From the NCBI GenBank assembly GCA_002269645.1, contig NIVC01002567.1, positions 1-64,000 of the forward strand: 64,000 bases of DNA. The letters run 5' to 3'. The stretch is from Macrostomum lignano. Its lineage: Eukaryota. Each line of letters starts with the position of its first letter. Within the stretch, counting starts at the first letter, position 1. Positions 12,701 through 24,600 of the stretch are shown here, one piece after another. Under the pieces are notes generated by a model that worked only from the letters and a program-made list of their open reading frames with translations, ran no database searches and was not told where the DNA came from. The position numbers and the translations under genes were made by a program.

Positions 12701-15700
12701 CTCCCTCCCACCCCTTCTCCCTCCCACCCCTTCTCCCTCCCAACCCCTTCTCCCTCCCAACCCCTTCTCTCCCTCCCCACCCATTCTCTCCGTCCTCCCT
12801 CTGCCCCCCAGTCTCCGTCTCTCCCTCCCCATCTCCCCGCTCCATTCTAATCTCATTATTTTCCCTTTATAGCCTATCTCTCTCTCTCTCCCTTATCCCT
12901 CGCCCTCTTGTTGCTCTCCCGCCCCTCAATGCAGTCAGTTTCACTTGGCTCTATGCAGACTGCAAACCAACTTTAAGGCATTTCATGACGCAGCAGTGAA
13001 ACGCTTAGCGCCATGTCATTAGCAAAACTTTGAAATAAACTTTGAACATCGTAAGGCCCTGTACCAGCGGCTTCGCTGAGAAAGTTATTCTGGCTTTGAG
13101 GGGTGCCCCGTTTTTAACTTGGCATTTGTTTATAACAGATTATTTGAATTTGACACAGCAGCTATGCGACAAGTTCTTGCCTGCAGAGCATTGCTTCACA
13201 CTGGCTGGCTTCCATTGCTTTTCGGTTGCATATTTCTGAATGTCTCTCAGTGACCCCAACTGACTCAGAGTGACCACATTTGACTCTCAGTGACCCTACA
13301 TTGCCCCCCATTGCTCCTAAGTGACCCCATTTGATCCTAAGTGATCCCAATCGATCCTAAGTGATCCCAATCGATCCTAAGCGATCCCATTTGATCCTAA
13401 GTGATCCCAATTGATTCTAAGTGATCCCAATTGATTCTAAGTGATCCCAATTGATCCTTCGTGATCCCATTTGATCCTAAGTGATGCCATTTGATCCTAA
13501 GTGATCCCAATTGATCCTAAGTGATCCCAATTGATCCTAAGCGGTGATCCCAATTGATCCTTTGTGATCCCATTTGATCCTAAGTGATCCCATTTGATCC
13601 TAAGTGATCCCATTTGATCCTAAGTGATCCCAGTCGATCCTAAGTGATCCCATTTGATCCTAAGTGATCCCAATTGATCCTAAGTGATCCCATTTGGTCC
13701 TAAGTGATCCCATTTGATCCTAAGTGATCCCAATCGATCCTAAGTGATCCCATTTGATCCTAAGTGATCCCAATTGATCCTACGTGATCCCAATTGATCC
13801 TGCGTGATCCCAATTGATCCTGCGTGATCCCATTTGATCCTACGTGATCCCAATTGTTCCTAAGTGATTCCAATTGATCCTAAGTGATCCCATTTGATTC
13901 TAAGTGATCCCATTTGATCCTAAGTGATCCCAATCGATCCTAAGTGATCCCATTTGATCCTGCGTGATCCCAATTGATCCTACGTGATCCCAATTGATCC
14001 TGCGTGATCCCAATTGATCCTGCGTGATCCCATTTGATCCTGCGTGATCCCATTTGATCCTACGTGATCCCAATTGTTCCTAAGTGATTCCAATTGATCC
14101 TAAGTGATCCCATTTGATTCTAAGTGATCCCATTTGATCCTAAGTGATCCCGATTGATCCTAAGTGATCCCAATTGATCTTAAGTGATCCCAATTGATCC
14201 TAAGTGATCCCAATTGATCCTAAGTGACCCCATCAAGCAGAAAGGAGCATAACTGACTCCAACCCCTGCCCCGCCCGCAGATCCAGTACTTCAACAACGA
14301 GCCAATCTGCGAGCTCATTGACCGGCCCACCAGCGGCCTGTTCGCCCTGCTGGACGAGACTTGCCTGCGCCCCGGCCAGCTCACCGACCGCGAGTTCCTC
14401 GCCCGCTGCGAGCGCGAGTTCCAGCAGCGGCCGAGCCCGCACTTCGACAGCCGGAAGCTGAGCCCGGCCGACAAGGCGATGCAGCACGAGAGGGACTTCC
14501 GCATCACCCATTACGCTGGAGCCGTGGTGTACTCAGTGGAAAACTTTCTGGACAAGAACAAGGACACGTTGTACCAGGACTTCAAGCGGCTGCTGTACAG
14601 CAGGTGCGGGCCTGTCTACCCTCCCTATCTACCTTTCTGTAGATTGTGCCTGTCTACCCTTCCTATCTACCTTTCTGTAGATTGTGCCTGTCTACCCTTC
14701 CTATCTACCTTTCTGTAGATTGTGCCTGTCTACCCTCCCTATCTACCTTTCTGTAGATTGTGCCTGTCTACCCACCCTATCTGCCTTTCTGTAGATTGTT
14801 CCTGTCTACCCTTCGTATCTACCTCTCTATTGTTCCTGTCTACCCTTCCTATCTACCTTTCTGTAGATTGTTCCTGTCTACTCTTCCTATCTACCTTTCT
14901 GTAGATTGTTCCTGTCTACCCTCCCTATCTACCTTTCTGTAGATTGTTCCTGTCTACCCTCCCTATCTACCTTTCTGTAGATTGTGCCTGTCTACCCTTC
15001 GTATCTACTTTTCTGTAGATTGTTCCTGTCTACCCTCCCTATCTACCTTTCTGTAGATTGTGCCTGTCTACCCTCCCTATCTACCTTTCTGTAGATTGTT
15101 CCTGTCTACCCTCCCTATCTACCTTTCTGTAGATTGTTCCTGTCTACCCTTCGTATCTACCTTTCTGTAGATTGTGCCTGTCTACCCTTCCTATCTACCT
15201 TTCTGTAGATTGTGCCTGTCTACCCTCCCTATCTACCTTTCTGTAGATTGTTCCTGTCTACCCTTCCTATCTACCTTTCTGTAGATTGTGCCTGTCTACC
15301 CTTCCTATCTACCTTTCTGTAGATTGTTCCTGTCTACCCTCCCTATCTACCTTTCTGTAGATTGTGCCTGTCTACCCTTCCTATCTACCTTTCTGTAGAT
15401 TGTGCCTGTCTACCCTTCCTATCTACCTTTCTGTAGATTGTGCCTGTCTACCCTTCCTATCTACCTCTCTATTGTTCCTGTCTACCCTTCCTATCTACCT
15501 TTCTGTAGATTGTTCCTGTCTACTCTTCCTATCTACCTTTCTGTAGATTGTTCCTGTCTACCCTCCCTATCTACCTTTCTGTAGATTGTTCCTGTCTACC
15601 CTCCCTATCTACCTTTCTGTAGATTGTGCCTGTCTACCCTTCGTATCTACTTTTCTGTAGATTGTTCCTGTCTACCCTCCCTATCTACCTTTCTGTAGAT

Positions 15701-18700
15701 TGTGCCTGTCTACCCTCCCTATCTACCTTTCTGTAGATTGTTCCTGTCTACCCTCCCTATCTACCTTTCTGTAGATTGTTCCTGTCTACCCTTCGTATCT
15801 ACCTTTCTGTAGATTGTGCCTGTCTACCCTTCCTATCTACCTTTCTGTAGATTGTGCCTGTCTACCCTCCCTATCTACCTTTCTGTAGATTGTTCCTGTC
15901 TACCCTTCGTATCTACCTTTCTGTAGATTGTTCCTGTCTACCCTTCCTATCTACCTTTCTGTAGATTGTTTCTGTCTACCCTCCCTATCTGCCTTTCTGT
16001 TGATTTTGCCTGTCTACCCTCTCTATTTACCTTTCTGTAGATTGTGTCTGTCTACCCTCCTATCTACCTGTCTGATCTACCCCCTCTGTCCGCTATTTGT
16101 GTATTCTCAGCATATTTAGCCTGCAATCTACCTTCTGCTGTAGACTAACAATCGTCTACACTGTACCCTACTGCTTTCCTAATACCTGTACGACCCCTAC
16201 CCTACCATCTACCCGTGACCCATTTTTTATTTACCTTCACACGACGCAGGCTTCGCAAAAGTCGCGTGCACACAAATATTCATTCTCAGTGCCAGGTGCG
16301 CAAATTAATCTGTCATTAAAAATTCACCTCTAACTCCAGTGGCTCGGTAACCCCATCCTTTCTGACATTTTCATAGCTAATCTGACATATCAATTACAGC
16401 AAAAATATTGCAGTTCATATTTATTCGGTGAATTAAAGCTTCACTGCTTTCTCTCGCCTGCCACAAATTCGCACCTTGCCGTCCTGGGTTGGCTGACTGG
16501 TTTATTTGGCTGGTTAGAAGGTCTGAAATTGCTGCATTGAAGTGCTGCCCGACCCGCCTCCGGAACACACTCTAAACCAGATTATACCTCCATAAACACA
16601 ATGTAGACAGAGTAAACATCCTTAAACACACTCTACACAGATTGAACCTTCATAAACACACGCTAAACCAGACCCGGCCTCCATAAACATACGCTCTAGA
16701 CCAGACCCGGCCTCCATAAACACACGCTAAACCAGACCCGGCCTCCATAAACACACGCTAAACCAGACCCGGCCTCCATAAACACACGCTAAACCAGACC
16801 CGGCCTCCATAAACACACCCCTCAGCTCGGACCGGCACCTGTCCTGCCAGTGGCCGGAGGGCGCGGAGGCGTCCAACAGAGTGCAGAAGCGGCCGCCATC
16901 AGCTGGGCTGCTGTTCAAGCAGAGCATCCAGGCTCTGGTGCAGCGGCTGGCGGGCATGAGGCCTCACTACGTTCGCTGCCTGAAGCCCAACGGCTCCAAG
17001 CAGCCTGGCAGCTTCGATAGCCGTCTGGTGGAGCACCAGGCCCGCTACCTGAACCTGCTGGAGAGCGCCAGAGTGCGGAGAGCCGGCTTCGCCCTGCGGC
17101 TGCCGTACCCCTACTTCCTGCAGCGCTACAAGCTGTGCGACTCGCCAGCGGTCTGGCCGCACCCGCCGCCCGGCATGCCGCCCAGAGATGCGGCTCGCAG
17201 CATCCTGGCCCGCCTGCAGCTGGACTCCGAGGACCGGGTTCGCTATGGAGTCAGCAAGCTGTTCGTGCGGCACGCCAGGACCGTGTTCGCGCTTGAGCAG
17301 GCCCGGGTTCGAGCCCTGCCTGCTGTGGTTACCGTTATACAGAAGGTGAGGCTGGGCTGCGGGAGGAGATAAAGGGTGAGAGTGGGGAGATGAAGGGTGA
17401 GAGGGGGAGATGAAGGGTGAGAGGGGGAGATGAAGGGACAGGAAAGGAGATGAAGGACAGGAAAAGAGATGAAGGTACAGGAAAGGAGATGAAGGGACAG
17501 TAAGGGAGATGAAGGGACAGTAAGGGAGATGAAGGGACAGGAAGGGAGATGAAGGGACAGGAAAGGAGATAAAGGGACAGTAAGGGAGATGAAGGGACAG
17601 GAAGGGAGATTAAGGGACAGGAAGGGAGATGAAGGGACAGGAAGGGAGATGAAGGGACAGGAAGGGAGATGAAGGGACAGTAAGGGAGATGAAGGGACAG
17701 GAAGGGAGATGAAGGGACAGGAAGGGAGATGAAGGGACAGGAAGGGAGATGAAGGGACAGGAAAGGAGATGAAGTAACGGGAAGGGCGATGAAGGGACGG
17801 GGAGGGAGATGAAGGGACGGGAAGGGAGATGACAAAGTCATCAAAGGCAATGGTGAGGAGAGGATGGTGAAGCAAAATAAGTCATGTGAGGGTACAAATG
17901 CTTAAAAATGTGAAATAGCAATCCACACATAAAGCAGAGGCGGTTAAAGATGCGTCAGGTATAAAAAATAAATTTACATGCTGCAGTTTACGTTAGTCAT
18001 TCGCCTTTTAAGCCAATTGTAGATGCACAATGGATAATTAATTGGGTTTGGCAACTGAATTACTATTCAGCCAGTTGCTTCCATATTTAGCAGTTTACGA
18101 GTACTATAAGCCTAGCTTAAGCCTAGCCTTAGCTTAACTATTCATCATTTTAATTGCGTTGAAAATGTTTTTTATTTAGTAGGCCAAAGTTAGATTTTAA
18201 TCAGTGCAGAATACAGTCGCTTTTTTGGCTTAAAAATTGTGCAACTTTCCTCATTACTCTACTTGCCACAGTAGTGTGGTTTGCATTTTTAGCTAATATT
18301 GCTTAATTCTATTTAATTTCTTTAAAATGTAGCCATATAATGCGCAACAGATGCTACTTAAAACCACTTTCGCCCTGATTACGTAATCGCAGCATTATAG
18401 GGGTAGGCTTGGCAGGATCTACTTTGCCAAGTACCGGCTGGCCGTGTGGATTCAGACTGTAAGTGGCTCTTCAGTTCTGGACCCAAGCTTTTCCGTCTGC
18501 ATGCCGATGTTGTTGCTATCGAATTGCGCTTTTAAAAATCTCGCTTCTTAGAGTTAACTGTGCTTGGGTTTGGGCTGCGGCTGGACTCCGCAACCCTGCA
18601 TCTTCCTCATCTCACCCCTGATCTCACACCTCACCCTTGATCTCACACTTCTCGCCTTTAGTCTCGCACTTCTCACCTTAAGTCTCGCTCTTCTTACGCT

Positions 18701-20775
18701 TGATCTCACACTTCTCACCCCTGATCTCACAGTTCTCATTCTTGATCTCACACTTCTCATCCCTGATCTCTCAGTTCTCATCCTTGATCTCACACTTCTC
18801 ACCTCTGATCTCGCACTTCTCACCTCTGATCTCGCACTTCTCACCTCTGATCTCACACTTCTGATCCCTGATCTCTCAGTTCTTATCCTTGATCTCACAC
18901 TTCTCACCTAGTTAATCTCCCAATTCTCCCACCTTGATCCCCATCTTTTATTGCCACCGCTCTAAAATGCTACAGTTTTAATTATTTGTTATTATTAGCA
19001 ACAGAGTGTGAGCATTTTAAACCTATCGGGTCTGCATGCATACGAGTTTCTATATCCAAACGTTTGTGCCGTCTTTCATAGAAACATTGATTTGATTATC
19101 TTATTTTTTAACTTTATTTGTTGTTTTTATCGTGACAGCCTGCAACAAAAAAGTGAATTACTTTACTCAAATCGATGAAGCAATCAATAATAATAATATT
19201 GAACGTGAAAAAATCGATTTCGTGATTTTTGTTTATTGCTCTACTGTAAGTAGTTTAGTAACTGTAACGCACATAGCCGGAAAAAATTAATTTGGCTAGC
19301 AATTTTTCTCTATATATTGATAAAAAACCCGCAGCGAGTTCGCGGCCTGCTGGCCCGGCGTCGGTTCGCCCGCCTGCGCGCCGCCTGCATCATCGCCCGG
19401 CGCTATCGGCGCTACAAAATCCGCGCCCACGTCTTGCGCGTCTGCGCCGCATTCGACGGCGTCGCCAGGCGAAAGGACCTCGGCCGGGGCGTCGAATGGC
19501 CGGAGAGACCGCCGGCGGCCTTGGCCGGCCTGCTGGCCGAGCTGCGCCGGGTGCACAACCGCTGGCGTGCCGAGCGCATGCTGGCCTCGATTCCCAGGCA
19601 CGAGAGGCCGGAGTTCCGGCTGAAGCTGGCCAGCTGCGAGCTGCTGCTCGGCACCGACCGCCTGAGGGCCGGCCTGCCGCGGCACTGGCTTGGCGAGTAC
19701 CAGCTGCCCAGGCCGCGGGCAGCCGCCAAGATGCCCGGCCAGCTGCTGTTCTCCCACCCGGTGGTCAAGGCTGAGCGCGGCGGCGCCTTCAAGATGACCC
19801 GGCGCTGCCTGCTGATCAGCGGCCTGGGCGTCGCCAAGGCGGACCAGCGCGGCGCCAACCTGGTGGGGCCGGTGCGGCCCCTGGCTGGCCTGGCCTGGCT
19901 GTCCCTCACCCGCTCGGCCGGCGACCCCGCCGTCTGCCTGGCCTTCGACGGACGCGGCGCCGGCGGAGACTTGCTGATGGTGAGGGGCGGATGGGGAGCG
20001 GATATTGGGGCGGATGGGGAGCGGATATTGGGGCGGATGGGGAGCGGATATTGGGGCGGATGGGGAGCGGATATTGGGGCGGATGGGGAGCGGATATTGA
20101 GGCGGATGGGGAGCGGATATTGGGGCGGATGGGGAGTGGATATTGGGGCGGATGGGGAGTGGATATTGGGGCGGATGGGGAGCGGATATTGAGGCGGATG
20201 GGGAGCGGATATTGGAGCGGATGGGGAGTGGATATTGGGGCGGATGGGGAGCGGATATTGAGGCGAATGGGGAGTGGATATTGGGGCGGATGGGGAGCGG
20301 ATATTGTGGCGGATGGGGAGCGGATATTGAGGCGGATGGAGAGCGGATATTGGGGCGGATGGGGAGTGGATATTGGGGCGGATGGGTAGCGGCTATTGGG
20401 GCGGCGGATGGGGAGCGGATATCGAGGCGGATAGGGAGCGGATATTGGCGCGGATGGGGAGCGATACAGCTAGTATGGAGGTGAATAAGCCGCACTCTCC
20501 GCCCCCCCCCCGCGCGCCAGATCCTGACCACGGAGGCGGGCGCGCCGCTCACCGGCGAGGAGCGGCTGACGGAGCTGGTGGCGGTGCTCCGCCGGGCCTG
20601 CCAGCTGGCCGGCCGGGATCTGCCGGTGCGCCTGGCCGACCGGTTGACATTCCGTTGCCATGGCAACAGCAAGCCGGCCTGCCAGGTGGAGGTCAAGCAG
20701 GCGGCCGAGGCGGGCGGCGGGCCGCGGTTGGTGAAGAGTCCGGCAGGTGGCGGCGTGCTGCAGCTGCTGCTCTGA
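3798..20775 (+). CDS. MYO1D: Unconventional class I myosin, Myo1D/Myo1G type (about 1061 aa, 11 exons)
   Basis: Exons 3798-3895, 4534-4890, 5881-6205, 7133-7243, 7324-7694, 8047-8161, 14281-14603, 16826-17345, 18393-18458, 19335-19979, 20521-20775; all GT-AG, phases compatible, total 3186 nt. Motifs: GESGSGKT P-loop, [67 protein letters not shown] neck, TH1 tail, no SH3 domain. Confidence 0.92.
5557..5872. repeat. Two adjacent minisatellites (24-mer then 29-mer), myosin intron 2
   Basis: Units CTCCCGATTCTATGACCCACAATG and GATGACTCACACAATGATCCCAGCACTCC. Confidence 0.9.
6212..7085. repeat. Minisatellite (20-mer grading into 12-mer), myosin intron 3
   Basis: CTGACTCACTCACCGATTCA repeats begin 6 nt after the donor, then CTGATTCACTCA-type units. 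Confidence 0.93.
7740..7950. repeat. Short minisatellite, myosin intron 5
   Basis: Repeated CTTCAGG(CTTCAGG)TTTGAGT units. Confidence 0.85.
8240..8935. repeat. Polypyrimidine low-complexity array, myosin intron 6
   Basis: CTTCCTCTCTCC-type units, almost purine-free. Confidence 0.92.
9362..11400. repeat. 15-mer minisatellite (about 2 kb), myosin intron 6
   Basis: TCTCCCTTCTGTGCC with TA/TG variants. Explains the spurious ORFs 9233..11683 and 9291..11510. Confidence 0.95.
12230..12775. repeat. C-rich minisatellite (G-tract-rich on the minus strand)
   Basis: CCACCCCTTCTCCC(C)n units. Confidence 0.92.
13325..14225. repeat. 20-mer minisatellite, myosin intron 6
   Basis: GATCCTAAGTGATCCCAATT and variants. 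Confidence 0.95.
14609..16080. repeat. 38-mer minisatellite, myosin intron 7
   Basis: CCTGTCTACCCTCCCTATCTACCTTTCTGTAGATTGTG, starting 5 nt after the donor. Confidence 0.95.
16650..16818. repeat. 31-mer minisatellite upstream of myosin exon 8
   Basis: CTCCATAAACACACGCTAAACCAGACCCGGC, about 5 copies. Confidence 0.88.
17375..17830. repeat. Purine-rich 20-mer minisatellite, myosin intron 8
   Basis: GAAGGGAGATGAAGGGACAG. Confidence 0.92.
18600..18908. repeat. 21-mer minisatellite, myosin intron 9
   Basis: CTTCTCACCTCTGATCTCACA-type units. Confidence 0.88.
19985..20460. repeat. G-rich 23-mer minisatellite, myosin intron 10
   Basis: GGAGCGGATATTGGGGCGGATGG, starting just after the donor. Confidence 0.93.
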
Positions 20776-21610
20776 CGCTGTTGCCATGGCAACCCCTATA
20801 TGGAACGCGGAACTAATCAAATGATTTATATTTGCTTCAGTGTGACGTATTGCTTCTGCAAAATGCTCTAGCGGGATTGAAGCTTTCAGGTTTTTCGGCA
20901 TTAAATTCCCGAATTCCCGGACTTCAGAATCCCAAATTCAGCTGATTCAGTGGCGGGATTCCAGGATTTTTCCCGGACGGGGGGGTCAGTCGACCCCCTT
21001 GACCCCCCGGATCCACCAGTAGCTACGAAAGGGCAAACGAAGAAATTTCCCGGGGGCCACTTCTTGGCGAGGGGTCAGCCGACCTTCTTGACCCCCTCCC
21101 CCCGGGATTAGCAAAATCAATAATCTTGGTAGCTTTCAAGGCTTTGCATCTACTACTGCTAGTAAGTTTTTTGTCAGTAAATTTTGCGAACATTTTAAAT
21201 TGGGATGAATCAGGAACTCCGCTCGAGGCGGATTATAACTTGATAATACCGGATTATTATAAATCAATTCTATATTTTCTTCGTCTTTCCGTGTTGCATA
21301 TTTCGTGAACTGTGGTTCTCCGTATTAGCCGGAGTTTTATTATACACTACTTACATCAGTAGTACAGTACTGCCAATCCAATTACCCAATATTATTTATT
21401 ATTATTAGTCGCGTGTTATTCGAATTTTTATATTATCATAAAAATATATTTATGATTCATAAATACATCGAAGTTTTAAATAAATGAAAAATAGCAATTC
21501 AAATTTAACGTTTACTTGTTAATTTTATTTCAAAACTCGGTTAGCAGCCGGCTTTATTTAGTGTTCGAAGAAGAAATGCGTGAGCAGCCGCAAAATCAAT
21601 GAGTTGTCAG

Positions 21611-24600
21611 TCACGATGCTGAAGCATTTTTCTGCTTCTGCATCCGGCGGAACTGCTTGGGATCGATGCCCAGCTCCGCCAGTCGCTGCTCGCTGATCTG
21701 CAGTCGCCCGTCAGAGCCCGGTTTTTTCTTCTGCTTCTTCTTACTTTTCTGCTGCACCGTCTTCTGCTTTTGCGAAGTAGTTGCTGATTCTGCGGCTTCT
21801 GGACCGGCTGCCGCAACCTGCCGCTCAGCCTGCGGCAGGAGGCGTCGCTTCTTCCGCGACCGCGGCTGCTGCTCAGCGTCTTCTCCAGTTTCTTCTTTCG
21901 CCTGCTGCTGCTGCTTTCGCTTCTTTCGCCGGCGTTTCTTTTGAGCTGCCGGACCGGCCGGCTCGCCCGCCAAGTCCATCCCGGCGGCGGCTGCTGCGGC
22001 CCAGGCCTTCGCGTCCGGATAGGCCGCCGCAGCCTCCAGCCGCTTCATCATGCCGGGCATGAGTTGCGTCTTGCGCTCCTGAGCGCGCGCGCTTCGAAAT
22101 CGGCGCCGGTCGCGCCAGTCGGCCTCGCGCTCGCGGTACTGGCTGGCCTTGCGCACGGAGCACCAGCTGTTCAGCTCCCGGTCGTCTGCCAGCAGAATCT
22201 CCACGGCGCTCAGACCGAAATCGTTGGGCTCCACCTGGCAGGGATGGAGTCGGTGAATGTGAGCGTGAATAGAGTGGGATCAATCTGTCAATGAAGTGTG
22301 AACAGTCTGTGAATGGAGTGTGAATAGTCCGTGAATGAAGTGTGAACAGTCTGTGAATGGAGTGTGAATAGTCCGTGAATGAAGTGTGAACAGTCTGTGA
22401 ATGGAGTGTGAATAGTACGTGAATGAAGTGTGAACAGTCTGTGAATGGAGTGTGAATAGTCCGTGAATGAAGTGTGAACAGTCTGTGAATAGTGTGTGAA
22501 CAGTCTGTGAATAGTGTGTGAACAGTATGTGAATAGTGTGTGAACAGTCTGAATAGTGTGTGGACAGTCTGTGAATGGAGTGTGAATATTCTGTGAATGG
22601 AGTGTGAATAGTTTGTGCACAGTCTGTGAATAGTGTGTGAACAGTCAGTGAATGGTGTGAACAGTCTGTGAATGGAGTGTGAACAGTCAGTGAATGGTGT
22701 GAACAGTCTATGAATGGAGTGTGAACAGTCAGTGAATGGTGTGAACAGTCTGTCAATGGAGTGTGAACAGTCTGAATAGTGTGTGAACAGTATGTGAATA
22801 GTGTGTGAACAGTCTGTGAATAGTGTGTGAACAGTCTGTGAATAGTGTGTGAACAGTATGTGAATAGTGTGTGAACAGTCTGAATAGTGTGTGGACAGTC
22901 TGTGAATGGAGTGTGAATATTCTGTGAATGGAGTGTGAATAGTTTGTGCACAGTCTGTGAATAGTGTGTGAACAGTCCGTGAACGGAGCCTGTGAACCCC
23001 CCGCTCACCTGCCGATAGTTGAACCGGCACGGCAGGTCGGCCTCCCCCGGGCCGGCCCGGATCAGATCCTCCGCCCCAAGCCGGTCGGCCTCGTCCTGCA
23101 GCCTGCGGCGAAGCTCCTCCACCGACTCGCCGGTCTCGCCCTCGCCTTCATCTTCGTCCTCGCTGAACTGCGGCTTCGTCGCCGCCTTCTCGTCACCATG
23201 AGCCTCGCCGTAGAAATCCTCGCCGAACAGGCTGGCCATCCGGCGGTCGTGCTCGGCCGGGTCGAAGTCCTCGTCGAGGAAGTCGCCGCCCAGGGTGTCG
23301 GCCAGCCGGTCCTGGCCGGCCTCGCCCTCGCCCTCGCCCTCCTTGGCGACGTCGCCGATGCCGGCATTTCGCCGCAGCCGCTCCAGCCGCCGCTCTAGCT
23401 CGGCTGCCTTCATCCTGGCCGCCGCGTCGAACTCGCGCCGCCTGGCCAGCCGATCCGCCCGCCGACGCTCGCGGAGCTCCGCCCGACGGCGCGACCGGTC
23501 GGCGTCGGCGGTCGACTGGCGAAGCGAATCGCCGATTCGGCGAGGGTAGCTGCGGATGCCAGCCTCCCCAGCCTCGCCCCCAGCTGCCTCATCGTCATCA
23601 TCCGGCAGCCGCTCAGCTTCCTCATCCTCGGCTGCCGGCTGTGGAGGCTTCCGGCCTCGCCGCTCCTCCAGCCGCAGCAGTTCAGCGGCGGTCTGTTCGT
23701 CCAGCTCGAGCTCCTGGGCAGTCGCCGGGCAGGCCTTCTTGGCCACGAACAGTTCATCGTCATCGGAGTCTCCGTCCAGCTGCCCGTCTCCGCTGGCAAA
23801 GGTGCGCTGGAAGCCGGACTCGAACTCCGGATCTCGCTCGTCTGTCCGGCCGTTCCAACGGGATTCGAACTCGGACTGTTTGGTTAAGAAGGCCTCATCT
23901 TCGGACAGGGCGGCCTCCGAATTCGACTCCGACGGCGCTTCTGCCGGTTGCTGCTGGCGCTGCCGCGGCCGGCGCCAGAACTCCTTGGTGATGAAGTCCC
24001 GGAGGTAGCGCTCCGCCTCCGTCAGTTTGGAGTCGTCTGTCCAGTGGCGCTTCAGCTGCGCCTGCGGGAGACCGAGATGTCCGCGCTTGGGTGCCCGCGC
24101 ACTACCGGATGTTCCCAAAACCTACCGGATGTTCCCAAAACCTACCGGATGTTCCCAAAACCTACCGGATGTTCCCCAAACCTACCGGATGTTCCCAAAA
24201 CCTACCGGATGTTCCCAAAACCTACCGGATGTTCCCAAAACCTACAGGATGTTCCCGAACCTCAGATCTACTCAAACCCTACCAGATCTACTCAAACCCT
24301 ACCAGATCTATCCAAACCCTATCAGATCTACTCAAACCCTACCAGATCTACTCAAACCCTACCAGATCTACTCAAACCCTATCAGATCTATCCAAACCCT
24401 ATCAGATCTACTCAAACCCTACCAGATCTACTCAAACCCTACCAGATCTATCCAAACCCTATCAGATCTACTCAAACCCTACCAGATCTACTCAAACCCT
24501 ACCAGATCTACTCAAACCCTATCAGATCTATCCAAACCCTATCAGATCTACTCAAACCCTACCAGATCTACCAAAACCCTACCAGATCTACTCAAACCCT

